Assembly: GCF_006345805.1 (NCBI RefSeq)
Contig: NC_042997.1
Coordinates: 59,210,001 to 59,274,000 of the forward strand
Direction of reading: 5' to 3'
DNA: 64,000 bases
Source: Octopus sinensis
Lineage: Eukaryota
The notes under the pieces were generated by a model, which did no database searches, was not told the origin of the DNA, and saw only the letters and a program-made list of their open reading frames with translations. Both the position numbers and the translations under genes were made by a program. Below are positions 27,787-37,843 of this stretch, piece after piece. The stretch's first letter is position 1. Each line of letters begins with the position of its first letter.

Positions 27787-27984
27787 GGTTGGCTACTTCT
27801 GAAAAGTGAAAACAAAAAAAAAATAAGTTAAAAGAAGAGAGAACAAAAGAAATATACAGTGGAGATGATTTAACTAAAACAATATCAAAATGTTTTTTTT
27901 GACCTGGTCATTATTTTATAAGATGCCTCATTGATTTCACAGAGCATACTATATTAGAGGTACTTAATTTATTAACCTCAATGA

Positions 27985-28220
27985 GGGCGGCGAGCTGGCA
28001 GAAACGTTAGCATGCTGGATGAAATGCTTAGTGGTATTTCGTCTGTCTTTACGTTCTGAGTTAAAATTCCGCCAAGGTCGACTTTGCCTTTCATCCTTTC
28101 GGGGTCGATAAATATAGTACCAATTTCGCACTGGGGTCGATGTAATTGACTTAATCCCTTTGTCTGTCCTTGTTTGTCCCCTCTATGTTTAGCCCCTTGT
28201 GGGCAGTAAAGAAATATTAC
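27985..28220 (+). mobile_element. tRNA-derived SINE family A (best-preserved copy); others at about 6935-7145(+), 7450-7630(-), 8005-8165(-), 8225-8440(-), 8465-8680(-), 42910-43130(+), 47570-47785(+), 58900-59070(-), 61740-61910(-), 63110-63310(-)
   Basis: Pol III A box (GGCGAGCTGGCAGAA) and B box (GAGTT.AAATTCC); shared body gtcgactttgcctttcatcctttcggggtcgataaa. Confidence 0.85.
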
Positions 28221-30389
28221 TAACCTCAATGGGAATTGCTCCAGTTCACTCAGCTGTAAAACTATGAGAAAAACTAGTTAAAGCAGACGTAAAACTAATT
28301 TTTAAAACATTTAATATGACCTAATCCAAATGAGCAACAGTTAACTATAAAGTTCTATCAGTAATAGAGAGTGTGACTAGCTAAGCACATAGGGTAACAG
28401 ATAATCACCCATAAATGCAATGATTTGTGTCTTATCTTAGGTAACACGTTTTTTCTACGACTAGGCATTTGACTCTTAAATGGTCCAGTTCAGCAAGTAG
28501 AAAATAGATATCATAGGATAGGAATAATTCATTGCTCCAAGCAGTGACAGCATTGTTGATTTGATGAATGATTTGTTAGCTAGTAGCACCAAGTTTAATT
28601 CTGCCTGTTAGAAAGATACCTGTATAAACTAGCATCTCATCCAAATAGAGGAAGCTTTATTTCCCATTTGCTTAAGGTTACAAAAACTGTAGTATGTATC
28701 ACGTAATATGGATCATTGTGATTCAGAAATGGATTAGCTTTATACCAGTAATAGCAAGTGTATATATGTGCAGTGACTAATTATACATCACATGAATCAT
28801 TATTCTGTTTCTTCTAGACAGTGGTTCACAAATCCCATCTCTTTCATGGAATTAAGATTTTACCACTACTTAGAATGAAAGAGATACACCTTAAAATCTT
28901 GATACAAACTCATACTATGATGATGAATGGCTAGATTCTTTTTCAACAAAGTGCACAACATTGTCTTGCAACTCTATCAAAAGAAAATGATGTTGAACAA
29001 TTTTCCAAGAGTACTTTCTTCACAAGATAATAAAATTAATCGAAAGTTACAATACTTAAATAGATTGCCCTTAACATATAGAAGTTAAGCTTGATTGGAA
29101 CAGTGTGATACCAACTTAGTGTAAATAAATCTAAATTAATTCACACAAAGTTGATGACAAGCAACAAAGCATGAAATTACAATTGACATCACCGCCATGT
29201 ACAAGCTACAGAAATAGGGAAAGAGGCGGGGAAAAGAAGACTGTAGAGCGTTCGTATTGCTAAACAACTGGTTGAGCTTGATTGAGCAGACCTACGAACC
29301 AAAGGCAATCCAGTGGTAACCATCCCGTCCTTTTTTCGAACAGATTGAGTGACATGTAAATGTTCCCTAACTGGCACATTCATGTCTTTTTCCAGGCTAC
29401 AATTAGCAGTATAAGTAAAACAACAAACCTAGTCGAAGTACTAGGCTAGAAGGGAACTTTTTGACACTGGTCCTGTGAGTACAAAATATTAATTTCTTAC
29501 ACAAGCACAAAACTAGATTCGTGCGATAGAGATAATCGACTGAGTCGACACTAGTATATGACAGGTACTCATTTTATTGGCCCCCAGAAGAATGAAAGCC
29601 AGTTAGATCAACTTCAATGTTATTTGAATTCACGCCGTACAGGGGAAGTAGTTTAATGGTGTAGAACTAGCATTCTACACCATTCTTGCGAAAAGGAAAT
29701 TTTAAAAAGTCAGTTGTCAGGTAAAACAGTCAAAGCCCATATCCTAGAATAAATCTGACAGGGAGGGGCGATAAGGTTCAATGTTGTTTACTAATTATAA
29801 CAATTCATATATTATCAGTTCCTTGGAAGAAAAAAGTTTTGGCTTGTTCGTGTTTCTAACGTTACGTTGTTTTTCATTATTATTATTATTACTAACATTG
29901 TAAATTTTGATCTTGAATTAATTCATTTTTCGAAGCGTTACTACAAACAATCGAGGTTTTCTACTATCTCTCATACTGAATTTTTTTAAAATCAAATTTG
30001 TGTATGTGTACTTGAGTAGAATTCCTCAACGTTATCTTCTGATCCAAACTTTTAAAGAATCACTTTCTGATATCTTTTAATCTCAAATAAAACGAATATA
30101 AATCGAAGAGATTATTGGTTGTCTATGTCAGCAAGAAACAATAAACTACGTTGCCGGGTATCGACTAAAAGCGAACGTTTTGAATAAGATCCCTTAATCG
30201 GAAAAAAAGTCGCAATTCGTTTCACGTTTTTTGATTATTGTATAGTTAACCGTTATTTATTTTCTTACTATACACAAATTCACTTTTGTTGAGTAGAACA
30301 TTTAATCGACTGAAAGGATCTTATAATACTAATGCTAATATTTATTCCATAGAGTTCCATACTTTTGGATCCGGAGGAACAAAACTTAC

Positions 30390-30640
30390 CAGGCTAAAAT
30401 TGAACAGAGGTCTTGATTTAAATACTATAAAAGAACACGTCATGGGAAACTAAATAGACTATTTAGGTGAAGACCGCGATGACAAAGAATAGAAAGAACA
30501 ATTAATTAATTGAAAATTAAATGTAACCAAGGAAAATTTAGCATTGTATTACATACCGGCAATGGTATCTTACAAGTAAATAAATATAAAGACACCATGC
30601 AGTCATTAGAATACTTCCGGTAAAGGTCACATCCGGTGTT
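30390..30640 (-). promoter_or_regulatory. Putative PRPF4 promoter and non-coding first exon(s)
   Basis: ETS-type CCGGAAGT at 30620-30613; locally CpG-containing; donors CCG|GTATGT at 30556 and CTG|GTAAGT at 30389 upstream of the 27799 acceptor. Confidence 0.5.
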
Positions 30641-30869
30641 ATATGTCATAGTTTATTTGTTTATTGTGAAAATTTCTACATTTATTGTGTGTTTAAATAA
30701 CAAGCAATTTTTGCGATTAAATTTGAATAAAAAATTCTGATAGCAGAACTTTTTAAAGTTGTTGATCAAATTCTTATAATGACTACAGAAAATCGACCAA
30801 CGTAGATTATTCTGTTTTTGTGTTATATCAAGAGTTTATAGTCTTTAAAAAAATTTTGTAGTTGTATCG

Positions 30870-31270
30870 TCTGGATGAAGGGGCTGCGTTCCCGGTCTTC
30901 TCAGACATTCTGAAACTGGTGAGATGAATGTAGTTAATGTTCTTCAACATTAAAGTGGGCGTAGTGATAAGTGTGAACATATGGGTGATGAGTAGAGGAG
31001 AATCTAATATGTTGAAGTAGCATGATAACTGCCAACTCTATCAGAGATAGAGGCCGCAGCGTAGAAAAGACCAGAGATAGTGTGTTGGTGAATAACTTAA
31101 AGCCAGCCAGTGTAGTGAATCCCTACTTCAAAACGCTTTGCTTATGAAGTATGGGATGTCTACGTGTAGAAGCAAAACAGCCCCATATGTGGGAGCAGTA
31201 CTTCACTGGGTATTAAAGGGTTTTCTAGAGGGTTGGTAGTAGTTGTGAGATGTAATGTTTTCTGACATTA
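30870..31270 (-). mobile_element. Degenerate CR1/L2-type LINE 3' fragment
   Basis: Decayed 'PHMG...LSLV..LRPLS..HHPYVH' resembles L2/CR1 RT C-termini; multiple stops. Confidence 0.45.
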
Positions 31271-31610
31271 AAGACAAAGGCCACTCTTTGAGATACAATT
31301 TTAAGTGATGTTTGGGGTACTGTCATATTAAATTTTTTTCATGTTTATAGTAATTGTTTCTTTGTGATGCTGAAGGAGACATGATTGGTGTGACCTCATT
31401 TCAGAATATTTTCAAAGTTTTGCTTAAGGACTCAGCTCAAGGTTGGTATAAGGTTGCATACAGATGACACTTGGATATGGAAGAATAAAAGTGGTATTAT
31501 CTCCAGAGATGACCTGTGAATTGTTGATGTATGGGAAGAAGAATGTGGGGAGCAAAATTGAACCAAATTTGATAGTGTAGATCTGAGAAAATTCCATCAG
31601 TATATACCAT

Positions 31611-32611
31611 TGTAGCATACGCTCAGTGAAATTCTCTCTCTCTCTCTCTGTTATATATAACATAAATACGGACATAGCAGATAACAGCTAACCTTCGGCC
31701 GTTTGGACCCTGTTATGTCTACTACTCTGATTGGTTGGTATTGGCGCAATTTGTCTCTTGCTCTATTACGCGCCAAAGTGCAACCCAATCAATTGCAACC
31801 TTCTGATAAGGTCCCGTGACACAGTCTTCTAAATTCTCCGTTGGAGCCTCCTAGTTACTATAAAAGTTAGATCAACAAACCGTATTTCGTCTTTGGTTCT
31901 AGACCTTCTGAGGTCTCGCCACTGACTACAGAGCACTCAGCCAGTTCCAGCAACAACACCAACGGTAGCATTAACACTTCGTCTCGCAGCATTCTGGACC
32001 TCCACCGCTGTCACCTTCATCTTATCGATGCCAACAACATCTCTACATACACAGCAACTTCGCTCTGGTCTAACTTCACGCTGTTTGTGAATACTTCACC
32101 ATAGATAACAGCAAGAACTACCTGCGAGATTTTTCTGTACCAAGTAATCTGGCAGCAGCATGGTAGCCACCACTTTTCCGTACAACATGTATCGCACAGG
32201 TTCTGCTATTTTCGCCTCAACTTCTTGTTACAGAACTCAACTATGAACAAGTATTTATCTTCATTGTGTCTGAATTACTTCTAGTGTCCTGTTATAGACT
32301 CTTTCTATGCTCTGTATTTTATCTCAAACACATACACCCTTGTTTGTAAACACATACACATTATGTATGCATGACGGCCTCTCTATTGTCTATTATTATT
32401 ATTATATATGTACTTATGACGCACACACAGACACACACTCTGCTAACATCTAAATAAAACCTTTCTCTTAACATTCTACGGTTGTGTCATCTTTCTTTTC
32501 CTTCTGGCACTCAAACTCATTTATTCATTTTTGCTTTTATTGTAAGTGACTGTGCAGTATATTAAAAGAGTCATTCATTCGTCGCCTCTCCTTTTGCACG
32601 GTCATTCTACA
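31611..32611 (+). mobile_element. Solo LTR (1001 bp), probably Gypsy-type
   Basis: TGTAG...CTACA termini; 4-bp TSD CCAT (31607-31610 and 32612-32615); internal CCAAT-like boxes, TATAAAA at about 31859, AATAAA at about 32453. Confidence 0.8.
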
Positions 32612-33953
32612 CCATAATAATTCAAGCTGATGGGAACAATCAATCTAAGAGAAATGAAAAGAGTCTCAAGATGGGTAGTTTTAGTAAGAAACTGCAAGAC
32701 TTAGCTGAAAACTTTGCTGGTGTAAAAGACCAATGACAGTGTTTTCACCAAATTTCTTGAGTACAAAGGCCTACTTGTGAGTAGCATAAGACAGTTGGTC
32801 TCTAATAGACTTAGATTTATGAAAGCAGTACTTGAGATCATTAAGGAGGAAGAAGATTTCAAGGTGTTGGAGAAGATAATTGTTTGCATCAACTTTGAGA
32901 AAGTGTGTGCTAGGAAACAGTAAGGTCAGAGGACTTGACCATTTTGGGATTGTAACAAACTAGCATGTTTCCAAAGATTGGGGTATACCCCTGCAGAGAC
33001 AGAAAGGAAAATAGAGAGCTTGAAGTGCTTTTTGAAATGGAGGCTATCTCAGGTGTGCATTGTTAGAAAGTATCAGAAGCTACTAAAAAAATTGGCTGTG
33101 CAGTCAAAGAAGGCACACTTCACATTTTGGATGATAATCTTGTCTTGCAAGAGTTGCAAAGCTAGGTAAAAGCCATTTACTTTGTAGTGGGGTTGAAGGA
33201 CTTTTGTTTTATCTCAGTTTCTGTAGCATGGCTACATATGAGCCACTTGAAAAATTGGAGCTATGAAATTAGGCTTTGTAGGGGACATAGCTGAGAAAAT
33301 AGTTTCAGTGACCTACCTAGTTGTTTCAAGTTAGTGGTCATTAAGGAGGAACTTTTGGAGAAAGTGTTATTAATGGCTATCTCCATTACTTTTATGATTT
33401 TGGAAGTATGACAAGTGACAGTTGGTGAGATCTGAAGGATTGCCTTTCTTGGAAATGAGATACCATGTAGCAAATTTAGAAGGAATCTTACTAGTTCAGA
33501 AGAAGAGGCCATTGTAGTTGTGGCAGAGATGCAAAAAGTAAGAACTAATTGGACATGAGCCTGTAACGGACACATGTGTGTGTACATTGGAGTTACTAAA
33601 TGTAGTTAAGGGTCACTATATGTAGATGGTCAGTAGCAGGATGAAACAGCATAATAACAACATCGAAGAAGGAAGGAATAATATTCACAAATTTATTTGC
33701 CAGCAGTGATTAATAAAATATACATAATAGTAACTGAGAATAGTAATGATGTGTTAGTGGCTCACTAGTAGTTGGAAGGGTGTAAGCTGCGCATTCTGCT
33801 AACAGAGAAAAAGAAAGGGCAAGGATTACAAAGTCCCTTTCGATTTGGCTGATGCTATTGCTCCTGGCTGTGCTGCCTATTAGTGAGAGAGAGAGAGAGA
33901 GATGATCTCAGTTGGACTGACTCTTTCGTGACCAGCAAAATATAAAAAATCTC

Positions 33954-34572
33954 ATTTTTCAGATATTTTATATATGCTAGGCTACTGGTTTTAAGTTGAT
34001 ATTAATTAAATTAATATTCAATTTATCTCCCTCATTATTTCAATTTTAAAATAATTATGTTCTCTAATCGGCAACATTAACTACAGTAAATTATCTACTG
34101 CAGAACTGTTTCCGGAATTTAGCATGCCAGAACTTAGACATTTGAAAATAACCCCAATGTAAATGGTAGAACTAAGCACATGTCTAGTTTTATATGGACA
34201 ACGAGTGTTTGGTTTTGCAAATTATATTGAATTGGAACGATCATACTGACGAGTCTGCAGACGAAAGATTACATAATTTATTCAGTAATAGACGAAACCG
34301 GTATATGATTAATTCTTGATTTTTATTTAATTTTCATCTGTCTTGCCCGCTTATGTTCTGGTGTTCGCTGAATTTTCTCTGGAGAACATTCTTTCTTTGT
34401 AGTTAGATTGTATGTGATCTTCTAGCGTATTGGTTATCCACCTAGTGGTTTATCCCTAAATATACACATGTATTGAAATTTTTTCTGATTTTTCAGATAT
34501 TTTATATATGCTAGGTTACTGGTTTTAAATTGATATTAATTAAATTAACATTCAATTTATCTCCCTCATTAT
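33954..34572 (+). mobile_element. Hammerhead-carrying, terminally duplicated element (Penelope-like pseudo-LTR or retrozyme)
   Basis: 85-bp direct repeats at 33954-34038 and 34488-34572 (about 3 mismatches, period 534) bracket the ribozyme. Confidence 0.65.
34239..34310 (+). ncRNA. Type I hammerhead ribozyme (minimal, Penelope/retrozyme type)
   Basis: Stem I ATCATA(34240-45)/TATGAT(34304-09); core CTGACGA (34246-52); stem II GTCT/AGAC; GAAA (34294-97); palindromic stem III ACCGGT; cleavage triplet GTA (34301-03). Confidence 0.85.
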
Positions 34573-34689
34573 ATATATATAATGCTAAATTAAAAAGAAA
34601 CAGCAACAACACATCAGTATATAAACAATAATAGCAATAAGGAAGAATAGAACAGTACAAAGTAAACTTTTAAAATCTTTCATTCAAAT

Positions 34690-34695
34690 TTTATT
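34690..34695 (-). terminator. Candidate polyadenylation signal of the DUF1330-like gene
   Basis: AATAAA on the minus strand about 150 nt after the stop. Confidence 0.5.
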
Positions 34696-34845
34696 TTAGC
34701 TGACTTTTTACAGTTCTAGCTCTAAGTCGCAAATAAACAGACAGGAGCAACAGTTTTTCAATTGGAACATCGAGGAAGAATTCTCAGAAACTCAAGCAGC
34801 ATGGAAGCAACTAATGAACAACTTGAAGCATCACATTAGTAAAAC

Positions 34846-34946
34846 CTAACCCTTAGTAAACAAAGGAGGGTCATTGATAAGGGTGAACATAATCACATTT
34901 GAATGGTACAAGCTTTTTCTGACATCAATTAAGTTTTGGTATTCAT
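34846..34946 (-). CDS. DUF1330-like gene terminal coding exon ([33 protein letters not shown])
   Basis: Acceptor ttttctttttcAG; TAG at 34848-34846; completes the S-DEYQ...R motif. Confidence 0.9.
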
Positions 34947-35029
34947 CTGAAAAAGAAAATTAAGAAAAATAGAGTATATATTCATACACATACAAACATA
35001 TGTGTGTATGTGTGTATACATACATACAA

Positions 35030-35089
<60 letters not shown>

Positions 35090-37771
35090 TTGTGTGTGTG
35101 TGTGTGTGTATACATATATATATATGTATGTATGTATGTATGAATGTATGTATGTACGTATGTATACATGTATGTGTATATATATATATATGTGTGTGTG
35201 TATATATATGTATAGATATATATGCATATATGTATATATATATATGTCTCCTGTGGAGGGCTCTTCATTAGGCCTTGGGCCCAACAATGACATTTCATGC
35301 ATTGAGTACATATTAAATTTTATTAAACTTGAACAATATTTTGCAAGCAGTGAACAATTTTCATCAAAACAATGATATAATTGTCAATTTGGAATGTATT
35401 GCAAAGCTGCATGATAAACAACAACACCATCCACCATCGTCACCACATTTGCCATACACACACCTTTCAGACTTCTAACACCACCACCATCAGTACCTTT
35501 GACTTCGCAACCTTCCCCTCCACCACCATCTTTCACATCGCTTGCTCTCACTCTCATCCCTGACCACCACCATCACCACCACCATCATCACTGCTGCCTC
35601 CACCTCTATCACAACTACAGCTCATAATATTACTATCACCCCATTACCATCACAAAGAGGCTAAATGTGTGTAAAAGAATTTAGTGTTCAAAGTTGGGAA
35701 TAAAAACAGGACAGTGAAGACATACAAGGAAACCAAACAAAAACAAACATGGAGGGTTGTTAGACTAGAATGAGGATAAAATACTGAATGCTGGAGAAAT
35801 ATTTTATTTGACAAGAGAAAAGATAGAAAAGTGAGATAGGATATGTCTAGTCCTTAGAACAGTCCTGAAAGAAAGGAAAGATGATCACGTGAGGAAAAGA
35901 AAGATGGACGACGGTCACACGTGAACAACAAGAGATTGAACAGGAGAAAGAGAGGGAGATGGAGAGAGAGACAGATAGAAAACAATGAAGGGGAGAAAAA
36001 AGGGAATTAGAGAAAGAATGCAAGAGAAAACAGTATAGAGTAGAGTCGCATCAAAAAGATTAAAACAAACTTACTTGGAAAGCTACACAAATTCCAGAAC
36101 AGGTTGCCATTGCACAGTGCGAAATATCCCAACAATGCTGTCATGCTTCAGGACCAGTTACTGCAAAAGCCTAGGTTTCAGGGGCCCACATCTTTTTAAT
36201 ATTCTCCCAAAGAGCCTAAGGGACCTACACAAGGTGGATGTAGGTGTTTTCAAAACAAAACTGGGATCTCTTCTTGTTGAGAGTCCCAGATAAACCTACC
36301 TTGCAGCAGGAGGCGCAAATGAGAGCAGCGACATGACCAGAGGGAAGCCATCTTTCCAACTGCTATCTTCACCAAGTCAAGACGGCTTATCCTGTCCCTC
36401 TCAAGCTGTCTCCTTAACGCTTTCAAAATAATTTTTCCATCGTCTTAGCTTAACAGCCCTCATCATTTGTTTTTACTGTGTTATTCTCTTTGTTCTGTCT
36501 TTTACTGTTTTTACTTATATTGTTTTTACTGACTTGTTTTGTTCTTACTGTCCTGTTCTTGTTACCACTTTTACCTCTCCGCAAAAAATCCCAAATTTTA
36601 TTTAATTTGCTTTGCGGGAAGGACTGTTTCAATGAAGTCGCGTCTTGTCCTTACCTTCGAAACGCAGAGTAGATGAAACAGGGACAACTGAAGAAGGGGA
36701 ATATTCCTTGTGTTGTATGTCTTGTACTCTGTTTTCGTTGTTTGAAAAAAGTTTGTTTCCATGTTTTTGTTTTTATGTTTTCGTTTCTTCTTGTGTTCAA
36801 CGTTTTTTTGATGTCCTGTACCCATATATGCATGTATATATACATATATGATTTTGATTTTGATTTGATTTTGATTTTTCCAGTTTCAGCTAATGAGCTG
36901 TGGCCATGCTGGGGCACCGCCATTTGGTTTGCTACACGGGTTTACCTCACGGATGCTTTTTAGCAAACGCCATCTGATGCATGAGAGAGTTCGATGCAGC
37001 TGCCCTCATCTGCACCTCCTGCCGTGAAGTTGGTTCATCCGGGACACCTGACAGGAAGAGATCCAGTCCTACTTTAAAGACATCCGCATCTACACCATGC
37101 AGGTCCCTCAGGTTCTTCGGGAGGACATTGAAGAGCCGTGGGCCTCTGAAGCCCAGGCTATCACAATATCTTGTCCTATATGTATGTATATATGCATATA
37201 TTTATATATTAGTAGCAGTATTGCCCGGCGTTGCTCGGGTTTGTAAAGGAAATAACTATATAAGCATTTTTAGAGAGTTACTTCCCTTATAGATGCCAAT
37301 TCGGGCTTTCTTAGCCATTTCTGTTTTGGTGTCTTCAAGCCATGAAGTCGTTCTAAAAGAACGCTGGTCTCCTTGACAACGCTTTACGACGTTGATTTCC
37401 TTACACTCCCTTCCCCACAGCTTCACGAGGGAGGGAAGAAGGGGGAGAAGCAAACAGGTGCAGTGTGACCATGGACGCCAACTCCGCCGCCATCGACACA
37501 CGAAAAATTATGCATTAAAATGGAATAAAAAATTATGTTAAATTATTTTTAAAATCGTAGACTCATCGTAGACGCGCGCTAATACTCAGACGGGCTCGAT
37601 ATGAATCACGACTATAAGATACCCGAATTTGGTTAAACTGCACTGCAAAATGTGGGAGTAGTTAGGAATCTAAATCGAAGGGGACAGACTCACACAACTA
37701 CAGTTTTATATATATATATAGATTTATATTATTATATGATCGAACGCCACACATCCTTTTCCAAGTAAGTT

Positions 37772-37843
<72 letters not shown>

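Noticed and set aside
27985-28060. A/B-box sequence as a tRNA gene
   Set aside because: No cloverleaf, and it continues into a multi-copy SINE body.
29655-29684. Perfect 12-bp hairpin AATGGTGTAGAA/TTCTACACCATT in the PRPF4 first intron
   Set aside because: Too short for a miRNA precursor and has no supporting motif; isolated short hairpins are expected in repeat-rich DNA.
30823-30842. Alternative terminal exon for the DUF1330-like gene (DYKLLI*)
   Set aside because: Weak acceptor and an immediate stop; 34946-34846 completes the EYQ..R motif and has a strong acceptor and poly(A) signal.
32620-33600. ORFs 32701..32892 and 33261..33587 as a gene
   Set aside because: No splice structure or recognisable product; probably a heavily decayed retroelement that I cannot classify.
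34960-35375. Four overlapping Y/I/C/V-rich ORFs
   Set aside because: Dinucleotide microsatellite artefacts.
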